Assembly (NCBI GenBank): GCA_951406725.2
Contig: OX597823.1
Location: forward strand, 83,390,001-83,454,000
DNA: 64,000 nt
Reading direction: 5' to 3'
From: Octopus vulgaris
Taxonomy: Eukaryota
The notes under the pieces were generated by a model. The model ran no database searches. It was not told the DNA's origin and saw nothing but the letters and a program-made list of their open reading frames with translations. Of the stretch, positions 1-12,773 are shown one piece after another (positions within the stretch are counted from its first letter, which is position 1; the number at the start of each line of letters is the position of its first letter). A program made the translations under genes and the position numbers.

Positions 1-230
1 ATACTACGGTTAATAAATCAGTATTTGAAACTCACTCCTGTTTAATTAAAGTGGACAGCTCGTTTGCACATCCGTGTTGTTTGGTGGGGCATGGAGGGAG
101 TGGATTACCAAAGCAAGGTATGGAGCATGGGTAAAGTGCCATTCAACAGTGAAAAGGAACTTTGAGCTACAAAAGGTCAGGCTTCACATTGCTAAAGTGC
201 AATGGTTGAGATGATCAATATGTGGTGGAA

Positions 231-615
231 GTGGAAGCACTCCATCGGATACGACAACGAGGGTTCCGGTTGATCCAAATCAACGGAACAGCCTGCTCGT
301 GAAATTAACGTGTAAGTGGCTGAGCACTCCACAGACACGTGCACCCTTAACGTAGTTCTCGGGGATATTCAGTGTGACACAGAGAGTGACAAGGCCGGCC
401 CCTTGAAACACAGGTACAACAGAAACAGGAAGTAAGAGTGAGAGAAAGTTGTGGTGAAAGAGTACAGCAGGGATCACCACCATCCCCTGCTGGAGCCTCG
501 TGGAGCTTTTAGGTGTTTTCGCTCAATAAACACTCACAACGCCCAGTCTGGGAATCGAAACCGCGATCCTATGACCGCGAGTCCGCTGCCCTAACCACTG
601 GGCCATTGTGCCTCC
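231..615 (-). mobile_element. tRNA-derived SINE (family C)
   Basis: Minus strand starts with a tRNA-like head: A-box TGGCCCAGTGG and B-box-like GTTTCGATTCC. Closely similar copy at 63149..63530. Confidence 0.85.
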
Positions 616-859
616 CCGATCAATATGTACGTATGCATATATTCATGTGTGATGTCATGTGACATGTGCAGAGTGTGTGTGTGTGTGCCTGCATGTATGT
701 GTGAGTGTGCATTGCTACTGTCCTTGTTAAACCCCATCTCAGCCCTGATGAAGCAAAATCGCGATGAAAGGTGTTCTCCCCATGATTGTCCCATTCCCAT
801 TTCCTTTCAGTCTTATCAATTTCTAATTAAACAGTTATTTTATTGTTTAACCTCCAAGA

Positions 860-1050
860 GTGTAGTGGGTCCTTTTTATGTGCCACAGGCACAGCATCCA
901 GTCAGGTGGGCCTGGCATCGATCACGTTCAGATAGTGCTTTTTACATGCCACTGGCACGGCGGCCAGTCAGTGGGTACTGGCATCAGCCATGTTTGGATG
1001 GTGCTTTTACATGCCACCAGCATGGGAGCCAGTCAGGTGGACCTGGCATC
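860..1050 (-). mobile_element. Fragment of RTE-type LINE 3' UTR tandem subrepeats
   Basis: Repeated gtgcttttacatgccac units match the 3' UTR of the RTE element at 41478..42405. Confidence 0.6.
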
Positions 1051-1314
1051 GACGTATGTATTTGTGTGTCTGTGTTTGTCACCCCCCCCCCCACCATCAC
1101 TTGACAACCAATGTTGATGTGTTTACATCCCCATACCTTAATGGTTCAAAAAGAGATCTATTGTATAAGTACTAGGTTTACAAAGATTAAATCTTGAGGT
1201 CGATTTGTTCAACTAAAGGCGGTGCTCCAGCATGGCCAAAATCACAAGTGTAACAAATAAAAGAATAAAAGAACAAAAGAAAGCAGATATGCACACAAAC
1301 ACACACACACATAC

Positions 1315-1359
<45 letters not shown>

Positions 1360-2043
1360 GAACATCCTTCACCTTCTGTTTACCAAATATACTTATAAGG
1401 CTTTGGTCTCTCTGGGACCAGAGTAGAAAATGCTTGCCTAAGGTACCTTGTCGTAAAATTGAACCTAAAACCACAAGGTTAAGAAGCAAACTTTTTAAAC
1501 ACACAGCCATGTCTACACCAATAATAGTCACTATTCAGTATGGTGGTGTATATCCGTAGAGAGCACCATAATTCAATTAATTTCAAAATAATTAATTTCA
1601 TAACTTAGTCAAAAACCTAATAAAACATTTTAATTAAAGTAATTCAACAAACTGATTATTTTAATTAATGACAATGTGATTACACTATAATGAATAACAA
1701 TGCTGTAGCAAGGTTATTTTTTAATCATCATCATCTTCATCCTCATTATTTAATATCCATTCTCCATGCAGGCATGGATTGGACGGTTTGACTGGAGACT
1801 GGCCAAGCTGGCAAGCTGTCCAGACTCTAATTGTCTGTTTTGGCATTGTCTCTATAGCTGGATGCCCTTGCTAACACCAGCCACTTTACAGAGTGTACTG
1901 GGTGCTTTTTACATGCCATCAGCACAGGTGTGTTTACTCAGCACTAGCATGAGTCCATTTATGCAACACAGGATTGAGTGCGTTTTATGTGGCACTGGTA
2001 CTTGGAAAGGACAAGCCTGTATGCATGGATGACAGCGATTTTA

Positions 2044-2607
2044 TTGGGTTGTCCGGAAAGTTCGTGCCGATTTTTAAAAGATAGAAAATGGCCAATAAAT
2101 ACTTGCCATTACATTCTTAATCAACCAAATATGAGCCATTTTGTTGCACAATGCATCTCCATCTTTCCTTTAACTTGAAAATACCCTCTTCCCAGAATTG
2201 AGGTGGTTTCATGGCAAAGAATTCATCAAGGTATCATTTTACGTCATCCAAGGAATTGAAATTTTTACCATTAAGACTATTCTGCAGAGATCTGAATAAA
2301 TGGAAATCTGAAGGAGCAATATCTGGTGAATATGGAGGGTGGGGTAACACATCCCAGCAGAGCAGCAGCAATTTTTGTCAGGTTCCCAAAGCATCAAGTG
2401 CCGAAAATGAACTTTCTTATCTTCCATTTTAAAGGGTTACAGAATTAACACAGGTTATAGGAACATAAACCTTCATCCATGAAAAGATAGCTTAAACTGT
2501 GCTCTAAATGAAGGGTAGCAAATCCTATTTCATGGACTCAGCCATGTTCTAAAATAAGTCAAAAGGTAAGCTACTGTAAATCGGCACGAGCTTTCGGACA
2601 ACCCCAA
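2044..2607 (-). mobile_element. Internally deleted mariner (DD34D) element
   Basis: TIRs ttgggttgtccggaaagttcgtgccgattt / aaatcggcacgagctttcggacaacccc with TA at the left end. Minus strand encodes HPPYSPDIAPSDFHLFRSLQN. Confidence 0.85.
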
Positions 2608-2888
2608 ACTTGACTTTTTGCAACTGCTCAAGTACAGCAAATCACCACAGTTCCCAGTCCCTTGTCATTTCCTCAGTGATGATAAATATTGGTTTCAAAT
2701 TTTGGCACAAGGCCAGAAATTTGGGGGAGGGGGTAAATTGATTACATTGACCCCAGTGCTCAACTGGTACCTATTTTATTGACCCAGAAAGGATGAAAGG
2801 CAAAATGAACTTCAGCAGAATAATAATAATAATAATAGCATTGAAAAATACCTTAGGAATGAGAACCAAGGTTCGAAATTTCCCCAAG

Positions 2889-2932
2889 ACACCTGATGAA
2901 AGCTGGAGGGTATAATAGCAGAAACGTGGTGT
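2889..2932 (+). ncRNA. Degenerate minimal hammerhead ribozyme in a Penelope-like repeat
   Basis: acac-CTGATGA-aagct...agca-GAAACGT-G-gtgt. Stem I is acac/gtgt, but the cleavage triplet reads GUG (non-canonical). Related decayed copy near 49215..49258. Confidence 0.5.
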
Positions 2933-3076
2933 TAACAAGAAATATAATAACACCTCATTTCTGTCTCCCAAACATCTACCAATGGACACAGCTCGGACAT
3001 CAGATCCTTAGTTTCATCAGTGTTGTAATTTGACAACAAGAGGCAAATGGACATGGAACAAACTGCCAGCATCAGT

Positions 3077-3300
3077 TGTTAGTTGTCGGAACACTGCATC
3101 CTTCAAAACTTCCATGCTTCCTGAGATACGCCAACACTACACCTGATTTTCTCCCCTCCATATACACGCAAGCATGTATCTGACTCATACACTGTTCACT
3201 TCCCAGACATTCGTACATTACTGCATATGCTTTATACACACTTTTGACAAGTGGTGGTGCACTTGAGCACTGTATACAATAATTTCCTTATTATCATTAT
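3077..3300 (+). mobile_element. 3' fragment of CR1/L2-like LINE
   Basis: Similar to the reverse complement of 47790..48010 (actgcatccttcaa...gtgcacttgagcactgtatacaat), with an (tta)n tail. Confidence 0.65.
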
Positions 3301-5165
3301 TATTATTAACATATCAGATGAAATGCTTTCTTATTTCATCAAGTCCTGAGCTCTTATGATGCATGGGTCTACAATGATATATCTTCACTGTTCTCAACTC
3401 TGTATTTTCAGTTTCTCAAAAGTTGGAACCCTGCTTTTTCAGCTCTACCCCAGTATTCTGCTTCCAGCTATTTTGGGGGCATTCCCTCTTCTACCTCCCT
3501 TGTGGATGCTAGCTCAGGGAGACATGTCCCTGAGGGAAGGCTTCCTTCTCCCAGCTCTTGTTAATTCAGAATTGTCATCAATACTTCTGCAACTTTGCTT
3601 TCTCTAGGTAGGGACATTGACCCTATGCAAACCCTTTTTTCCTCAGAGAAGAAGGGGGCGATATTAGTCTATCCCCATTCATTTGACCTGAGTGGAGGCA
3701 TGTGGATTAGTGGTTTTGGTATTGGGCTCATGTTCGTAAGATTGTGGTTTCAATTCCTGGAACAAGCAGTGCATTGTGTTCTTGAGCAAAACACTTCATT
3801 TAACGTTGCTTAAATGCTGGCAAAAATAAGTAATCCTGTGATGGACCGGTGTCCCATTCAGGTGGAAAATATATTCGCCATGGAAACCAGGAAACTGGCC
3901 CCTATGAGTTTATATGACCTGGGAAGGAACTCTACTTATTTTATTTACATTTGACCTGCCCAGCATCAGAGGCCCACCAGAAGCTTGCACTCCACTGATA
4001 TAACTCTCAGGGTCCTTAAGGCATACAAGCCACCATCACACCACAACAAGGATTGGACCTTCAAGAAGACTGGACAAAATTCTGAACCATTTTATTCCAG
4101 CTTCATGCATTCTGAGTTCAATTCTTACTGAAGTCAACTCTAACTTTTATCTTTCTGGGTTTGGTACATAAACTACTAGTCCAGAGAGAGATGAACTGGC
4201 ACAATCATTATAGTACTATTTTTGTAGCATTTAATCTACCACTTGGCATTCCGAGTTCAATTCCTACCAAGGTCAATTCTGCCTTTCATCCTTCTGGGGT
4301 TAGCACAATCATTATAGCATCATTTCCTTGATATTTGTTCTAGCTCTTAACATTCTGAATTTAAATCCTGCATAAACATTCTTTGTTAGTAGACTTAATC
4401 CATCATTCACACATTGTATAATCTGGCATAAGACTATACGGAATGTGTGCTATCCCTCTTTCCTTGTGAAGATAACAGGATATAATTTGAGCAAAGTTTA
4501 CCAGTTATTTCTTCCAGAACAAACAACTACGTAGCTGTTTTCTTCATCTCCAGTCAACCGTGACCATCCTGTCCTTTGGACAATACTATGCAATGCTCGG
4601 TTTCGGGGGTTTCTTTCATGCTTTACTTCAGTGCATTTTAGTATGATTTAAGGGAGATTCGATTGTTATTTCTAGCAGAAAGCGACTGTGTAGAGGCACC
4701 GTCATCGGTCCGAGCAGAAGTACAGAGTAATTAAAATAATTAACAGGTGATTTATTAGCTTTTAGTGGTGTGCTGAAGTACCATTTAGAAGTCTGAAATA
4801 AACCAGGAGAACCTTGCTCGAGTGTTATCTCAACACGAATCTAGATGGATTGACTTTCGGTAATAAAAAATGAAGAGAAAAACGCAATTACAGCAATAAC
4901 AATGATTAAAGGTTTCTGTGTGTGTGTACGAAATAAAACTTTACACAGCAAATAAGATTAAAGAAAAGAAAAAAAGAAGTGGTTCAGAGGATTTATAATG
5001 AGGTTAGAGACAAATAAAACGACATGCCTCTGTAATTGAGGTAAAGCTTTCATATACGAATTACCTCCCTTTATCTTCTGTAATTATATAGCAAGTTGCG
5101 CGATTTTTATTTTGTTTACGCTTTTGACGAACCTAACGGGAAGAGGCAAAACAAGGAAAAAAAGC

Positions 5166-6260
5166 ATGGCAGCCTCATCAGTTCCGAGAGAACTGCCAAC
5201 AAATTACAAGCTCACGGAGATCTATCACACAAAATGGTACTGCCCAGATTATTATGATTGTTTAACTTACATCGGCAATGGAGCTTATAGCCAAGTCTGC
5301 TCGGCAACGTGTGAAGGAATCGAAGGCAAAGTGGCCATCAAAAAACTTACTCGTGCTTTCTTCGCAGTGGATGAATCGAAAAGAACTTACCGGGAACTTC
5401 GATTATTAAAACACATGAAGCATAAAAATGTGGTCGACCTCGTAGATGTTTTTACACCAGACTTAACGAAAATAGACTTTACCGATTTGTATTTCGTATC
5501 GACGTATTATCCCAAAGATTTGAAACACGTAATATTAAACGAGGGCCTTGATACGGCTCGAGTTCGATCGATGGTGTACCAAATATTGTGTGGTGTCCAG
5601 TATATTCATTCGGCCGGAGTTATACACAGGGATTTGAAACCAAGGAATATCGGAGTTACAGAAAACGACTGTATAAAAATTTTGGATTTCGGCCTGGCTC
5701 GATCTATAAGCAACGAGATGACGGGTTATGTACAAACACGCTGGTATCGCGCCCCAGAGGTGATCCTTAACTGGATGAAGTACAACCAGACAGCCGATGT
5801 ATGGTCCGTAGCCTGCATCATGGGCGAAATGCTAACGGGAAAGCCTTTAATTGCGGGTAAGTCTTTTACGGATCAAATTCTCAAGATCTTCAATCTTGTC
5901 GGATCACCAGACAGTAATACTCTTAAAAAATTCACGTGCAGTGATATTGTTGAGTGTCTGAAAAGTTTCGATAAGTGCGAAAGGCAGGACTTTAACAAGT
6001 ATTTCAAAAACGTTGACCCACAAGCCATAGATCTGTTGGACAAAATGTTACAACTCGATGTAGATGTTCGCCTGAACGTGGAAAACGCTTTGAAACACGA
6101 ATTTCTCAAAATAAATTTCGATCCAAAAGATCAAATTCGAGCAGAAATGTTCGAAAACGTCTTCGAAGACATGGATTTAAATCTAAGCGAATGGAAAAGT
6201 TTGGTTTTACAAGAAGTTCAAAATTTTAAGAGTTCGCGCAAATGCGATAGCAGAAAGTGA
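5166..6260 (+). CDS. p38: Intronless p38-family MAP kinase (divergent, 364 aa)
   Basis: Uninterrupted ORF from ATG 5166 (context aagcATGG; the ORF track start at 5112 is a TTG). Kinase motifs: GNGAYS Gly-loop, VAIKK, KRTYRELRLLKHMKH, HRDLKPRN, DFGLAR, TGY activation motif, TRWYRAPE and LNWMKYNQT, all typical of p38. Confidence 0.95.
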   Translation: MAASSVPRELPTNYKLTEIYHTKWYCPDYYDCLTYIGNGAYSQVCSATCEGIEGKVAIKKLTRAFFAVDESKRTYRELRLLKHMKHKNVVDLVDVFTPDLTKIDFTDLYFVSTYYPKDLKHVILNEGLDTARVRSMVYQILCGVQYIHSAGVIHRDLKPRNIGVTENDCIKILDFGLARSISNEMTGYVQTRWYRAPEVILNWMKYNQTADVWSVACIMGEMLTGKPLIAGKSFTDQILKIFNLVGSPDSNTLKKFTCSDIVECLKSFDKCERQDFNKYFKNVDPQAIDLLDKMLQLDVDVRLNVENALKHEFLKINFDPKDQIRAEMFENVFEDMDLNLSEWKSLVLQEVQNFKSSRKCDSRK

Positions 6261-6638
6261 AACCAAAACAACACTGAAAATTTTCTTTCTTTTTAATAAT
6301 GTATTTATTTTAGTGGCTATTAATTTCAAATTTCAACTGAGTTTCATGGAAAAGAAACGAAAAGGAAAAAAAGTACTAACAGAATTTTATTGGTATTTTA
6401 TTACAGAATATTATATAAGGATGTGAATCGTTGCATAAGGTGGCGGTCTGCAAGTGGGAGGGATGTTTTCTATTGTGTTTATTATAAGAGCAGTTGAAGC
6501 GGCTGTCATTTCCTTGATGGGAGATAACTCTTCAATGATCTCTGATATTGACATCATCTAAATGTTGTCTGCTGACGTGTGTACGCGTATATCTGTTGTC
6601 TGTGGTGTTGTACTTTTGAATATTTTATATATATAATC

Positions 6639-6675
<37 letters not shown>

Positions 6676-6828
6676 TATATATACACACATATATATACAT
6701 ACACACACACATATATATATATATATATAGAGAGAGAGATAGATAGATAGACAGATACATACGTGCATACATGCATACATACATACATACATACACATGT
6801 GCACCTGTGTCTATATATGTGTGTATAT

Positions 6829-6861
<33 letters not shown>

Positions 6862-7627
6862 GACACGTGCATGTGTGTGTATGCATGCATACATACCTGC
6901 ATGCTCATACACATACCACACATACACTCACCTGGCATAAATAATGCAGAATATTTGATTATTTTCAATATATGCGCATTAAGATTTTATCATCCTTAAC
7001 ACGTTGGTTACCTCAAAAAAAAAAACAATCTGACTCATGTAACAGCTATTTAAAGCTAAGTATAAAAAGCCTATAACGGGTCTTTTTTTTATTGAAAAAT
7101 CTAAAGGAATATAACTAGAATTATAATTAGAGCACCAAAGGTGTCAACGATATATATAGCTAAGGCTCTTTATATTCCAATTTCGAGTAGAGCTCTGGGC
7201 AACCTCTGGTGTCATTTATTCTTATAACTGTTTTGTATCCTTGATGCAAATGACACTATTTTAGATTCAGAACGTTAAGGTACACGGTATTTCGTTATGC
7301 AATTATGATATACTACAAAGTATATTAAACGTTTTTTTTATCAAGTCAATATTGTGTACTATTGTGTTATCAGTGCACTTAAATCACGTGTGAAGGTCAT
7401 TTCTATTGATTTTCTATGCAAATTATAACCAGCACTGATTCTGTAATTCGAAACACCGTAACATGTGTTTTGTTTCTTACCTCAGTGGGTGACTCCGAGC
7501 ATGTCTGGTGTCACGAAACACCTACAGAGCTGCTTCGCTGCCTGGTGAGTCATTAACACCTGCATTCGGAGACGGACTGCAGCACAATAATGCTTACCCT
7601 AGATGTTGTTGTTGTTCTTCTTCTTCA

Positions 7628-7670
<43 letters not shown>

Positions 7671-7674
7671 TATA

Positions 7675-7890
7675 AGGTAGCGAGGCGACAGAATCGATAG
7701 CACGTCAGGCAAAATACTTCGCGGTTTTTCCTCTGCTGCTACGCTCTGAGTTCAAATGTCGCCGAGGTCAACTTTGCCTTTCATCCTTTCGGCATCAATA
7801 AAATAAGCACCAGTGAAACACTGGGGTCGATGTAATCGACATAATCCCATCACCAAATTTCAGGTTTTGTGCCTTTAGTAGAAAAGATTA
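7675..7890 (+). mobile_element. SINE family B (central gcctttcatcctttcggggtcgataaa domain)
   Basis: Same body at 12410..12600, 30815..31053 (-) and 39831..40050, with degraded tandem copies at 4100..4370. Confidence 0.75.
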
Positions 7891-8034
7891 TTATTATTAT
7901 TCTTTTCTTCTTTAGGCACAAGGCCCGAAATCTTGGAGGAGGGGGAATGGGAACTGGTGCTTAATTTATCGGCCCCTATAGGATGAAAGGCAAGTCGACC
8001 TCGGCGGAATTTGAACTCAGAATTTAAAGGGAAA

Positions 8035-8134
8035 CGAAATACCTATTTCTTTACTACCCACAAGGGCTAAACAAACTGGTAAATAAGTACCAGTTTGTTT
8101 AGCCCTTGTGGGTAGTAAAGAAATAGGTATTTCG
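8035..8134. repeat. Perfect hairpin, 47-bp arms and 6-nt loop, extended by inverted SINE-B pieces
   Basis: cgaaatacctatttctttactacccacaagggctaaacaaactggta / taccagtttgtttagcccttgtgggtagtaaagaaataggtatttcg. Flanks 7980..8022 and 8147..8191 are also complementary. Confidence 0.9.
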
Positions 8135-8402
8135 CCCGTCGCTACGTTCTGAGTTCAAATTCCGCCAAGGTCGACTTTGCCTTTCATCCTTTCGGGGTCG
8201 ATAAATAAAGTACTAGTAAAACACTGTAGTCGATGTGCTTGGACAGAAGGCAAATAAGTTAGCTCTGGACTTGCGCAGGTCACGTTTTCTTGTGCCCCTG
8301 TAAACCCTAAATGCAAGGCCGTTTACAATACCACTTCAGATAGAGTGCCGAGCAAGGAAGGGTCTGGTAGTTTTTATTCTTATAATGTATCTTTGGCGCA
8401 AA

Positions 8403-8916
8403 TCTATATATATAAAACTGTAGTTGTGTGAGTGTCTGTCCCCTTCGATTTAGATTCCTAACTACTCCCACATTTTGCGGTGCAGTTTAACCAAATTCGG
8501 GTATCTTATAGTCGTGATTCATATCGAGCCCGTCAGGGTATTAGCGCGCGTCTACGATGAGTCTACGATTTTAAAAATAATTTAACATCATTTTTTATTC
8601 CATTTTAATGCATAATTTTTCGTGTGTCGATGGCGGCGGAGTTGGCGTCCATGGTCACAGCTGCACCTGTGTTGCTTCTCCCCCTTCTTCCCTCCCTCGT
8701 GAAGCTGTAGGGAAGGGAGTGTAAGGAAATTAACGTCGTAAAGCGTTGTCAAGGAGACCAGCGTTCTTTTAGAACAACGACTTCATGGCTTGAAGACACC
8801 AAAACAGAAATGGCTAAGAAAGCCCGAATTGGCATCTATAAGGGAAGTAACTCTCTAAAAATGCTTATATAGTTATTTCCCTTACAAATCCGAGCAACGC
8901 CGGGCGATACTGCTAG
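8403..8916 (+). mobile_element. Non-autonomous Helitron
   Basis: A|TC 5' end, subterminal hairpin ccgagcaacgccggg, CTAG|T 3' end, no TSD. Body shared with 34099..34494. Confidence 0.85.
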
Positions 8917-9043
8917 TAGACTTATAAAAGTTTAATATTTTCAGTAACGAAAGCTAAGTTATAAAAGCTGTGACGTATTTTTCATAACAATAATCGGTCT
9001 TGCCTCCCTTGCTTTACTCTCCCCACCCTCTCTCTTTCTCTCT

Positions 9044-9057
9044 GTTGCCATGGTTAC
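9044..9057. promoter_or_regulatory. RFX X-box motif
   Basis: GTTGCCATGGTTAC; the reverse complement GTAACC-AT-GGCAAC fits GTNRCC(N0-3)RGYAAC. It lies in a CpG-containing non-repeat patch. Confidence 0.5.
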
Positions 9058-9384
9058 ATAGGCGTCCGCAGAACGGAACAATGGCAGTCCGTACTTTTAT
9101 TTATTATTTCAACTATAATATTTATTGTTTCAACTAATTAGTTGTGTAAAACACAAAACACAGGCTCAAATAATTTGTAAATAGATAGGATCATCTTTAC
9201 TTTACGTTACGAAAAATATATGTATTGCGTAAATTGAATATTATGTAAATACGTTTGAGTGCGCACATACGCACACACACACATAGCATTTGTAGACGAC
9301 GTCATTCAACCACACAACATTCCTTAAAGACTTAGAAAAAAAAGGGTGAATGACGTTATCTACTAATACCGAAAGATTGCTCGG

Positions 9385-9600
<216 letters not shown>

Positions 9601-9750
9601 ATACAAGGACCCATTCTTATAGACCCAAGGTGTCTGCCAATCAAAACAAATACTAGGCAAAGTTTCAGAATAACTCATGGGGAAGGAAAATGGCATGGAA
9701 GTGAGGGTTAGAGGTCTTTTTCGTTTTCCTTTTCTTTTTTCTTTAGTATT

Positions 9751-9792
<42 letters not shown>

Positions 9793-10559
9793 TATATATA
9801 TATGTATGTAATAAACACAAACATATATATATATATGTATAACCTCTTCTTAGCATGGACTGGGCATGTCATCACATTCATTCCAAGTGTTCATATTCCA
9901 AGCCAGTTCCTATTCTTGTTTGCTACCCTCCCTAGATGAATAGAAAAGTCACAACTCACTCAGTCATATCATTTTAGCTTGGTTTTAATGGCTGCATAAT
10001 ATTCCTATCACCAACTTTTGTATAGAGCGTACTGCATACATTTAATCATGGCTCCAACATGAGAGAGGTTGTCTTGTCCTTGACCTGGCAAAAGACCATC
10101 TCAACAGTATTTTGTGTTCAGTCACTCACCAACCACTTTACGGAGTGTACTTGGTGCAAATTATCATAGCACTGTTCTATATGAGTCTGTATGTATTTGT
10201 GTGTGTGTGTGTGTGTGCATATATGTATGTATGTTTTTAATATGTATGTTTATATATACTAATATACGGAATCATACATATATATGGATTTGCCTTTTAA
10301 CTTAAAATCTCTGACTTTTATCTAATCATGAACTCAAACTATTAACATAAGTGTGTGTATTTGTGTGTGTGCGCGTGCACATGTGCGTATGTGTATGCAT
10401 GCTTTTGTTATGTATGTTTATATATGCTAATATACACGATCATACATGTATATGGGTTTGCCTCTTAAAATGTCAACTTTATCTAATCATGGACTCAAAC
10501 TATTACAATAAGTGTGTGTGTGTGTGTATGTATGTTTTTGTTATGCATGTTTATATACT

Positions 10560-10783
10560 CTTTACTATCTTTTATTTGTTTCAGTCATTTGACTGCGGCT
10601 TTGCCTTGAGTCGAACAAATCGACCCCAGGACTTATTCTTTGTAAGCCTAGTACTTATGCTATCGGTTTCTCTTGCTGAATTACTAAGTTACGGGGACGT
10701 AAACACACCAGCATCAGTTGTCAAGCGACGTTGGGTGGACAAACACAGATACACAAACACATACATATACACACACACACACA

Positions 10784-10840
<57 letters not shown>

Positions 10841-11012
10841 AATATATATACAACAGGCTTCTTTCAGTTTCCGCCTACCAAATCCACTCACAAGGCTTTG
10901 GTCAGCCCGAGGCTATAGTAGAAGACACTTGCCCAAAGTGCCACGCAGTGGGACAGAACCTGGAACCAAGTGGTTGGTAAGCAAGCTTTTTACCACACAG
11001 CCATTCCTGCAC
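10560..11012 (-). mobile_element. tRNA-derived bipartite SINE (family A)
   Basis: Head tggctgtgtggtaa...ggttcagtccc, central (CA)/(TA) microsatellite, 3' half ending near cagtcaaatgactgaaac. Confidence 0.85.
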
Positions 11013-11770
11013 TTATATGTGCAAATATACACGATCATACATGTTTGCCTTTTAAACTGTCAAACATTTTCTAACCATGGACTCAATCTATTAATATAAG
11101 ACAACAGAATTCCGTCTTTACCTTCTCATATTGAGAAAATAGCAATATTTCTTTTTGTTAGGAAGACTTCCATTAGTTTCCTTGGTTTCCATTCATCCAC
11201 TCATCTGAAGTTGGGTATGTCGATAATTTTGATTAATCATATCAGAAAAAGCTTGCATAAAGTAAAAATAAAAAAGAAATGAAGTGAGTTCTAAAACTTT
11301 AATCATCAACACCACCACTCAGTGTCCAGTTTTCCATGTCTGTATGGATTTGGCAAAATTTTGTTGAGGAGCTGTTTCTACAGCAGGAAGCCCTTCCTGT
11401 CACCAACACTCATCTGTTTCCAAGCAAGGCAATATTTACCCATGACCAGACCAGACATATTTTTGTGGAACACTGGAAAGGAAGGGCACTGCTTGCATGA
11501 TGGTGGGTGACATTCGTTTACCACTATTATACAATGTCAAAGCAAGACTACACACTCACATATACACACACGCACACATACATCTATATGTATGGCAATA
11601 TATATATAGTAGGCTTCTTTCAGTTACCATCTACAAAGGTTTTGGTTGGCCTGGGGCTGTAGCAGAAAACACTTGCTCAAGGTGTCATGCACCAGGACTG
11701 AACCCTGAACACATAGATGAGAAGCAAATTTCTTATCACACAGCCATGCCTGCCCCTTTATATATTATAC

Positions 11771-11811
<41 letters not shown>

Positions 11812-11870
11812 CAGCCACACCTACACCTCTGTATGTTATATCTATGCCTCTGTGTGTTTGTGTGTGTGTG

Positions 11871-11928
<58 letters not shown>

Positions 11929-12741
11929 TGGCAAGCTTCTTTCAGTTTCTGTCTACCAAAACTTTGGGTGACCCAGAGCTATAGTAGGAGACATTTGCCT
12001 AAGATGTGAGATTCCATGCAGAAGGAATGAATCTAAAACCATGTGGTTTGAAATCAAACTCCTTATCACACAACCACATCTGCGCCTGTTATGTTTAACA
12101 GTTACAGCGACATCTATCTCACCACATACCATATACGATAACATCTAATTATAGCATTATACCATCATGGTGTAATGAAATTATATGGAGGTCACACTGC
12201 CACATTTCTATTATATATGTGAGGCATATTTCGTCTGTCTTTATGTTCTGAGTTCAAATTCTGCAGAGGTGGACTTTGCCTTTCAGGATTGATAAATTAA
12301 GTACCAGTTGCATACTGTGGTTGACCTAATCGACTGCTACCCCCTATTCCCCCAAAATTTCAGGCCTTATGGAATATAAGGAATATATAGAAAGGAATAT
12401 AACTTCTAATAAAACATTAGCTTGCTGGGCAAAATGCTTAGTGGTATTTTGTCTGTGTTTACGTTCTGAGTTCAAATTCCGCCAAGGTCGACTTTGCCTT
12501 TCATCCTTTTGGGGTTGATAAATTAAGAACCAGTTACGTACTGGGGTCGATCTAATCGACTGCCACCCCCAACTCTCTAATAATTTCTGGCCTTGTGGCT
12601 AGATTAGAATAGAATATAGCTTCTCACAAAACATTAGCATGCCAGGCGAAATGCTTAGTGGTATTTTGTCTGTGATTGAATTTGGTAGGCGGAAGTTACT
12701 GCCACATGTGTATATGTGTGTGTAGGTGCTTGTGCCTCTCC

Positions 12742-12773
<32 letters not shown>

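Noticed and set aside
540-615. tRNA-like sequence (also 63455..63530 and the SINE-A heads)
   Set aside because: SINE heads continuing into SINE bodies; no complete cloverleaf with acceptor stem.
5112-5165. N-terminal extension of kinase 1 in the ORF track
   Set aside because: It begins at TTG. ATG 5166 has a good Kozak-like context and gives a length matching kinase 2 and p38.
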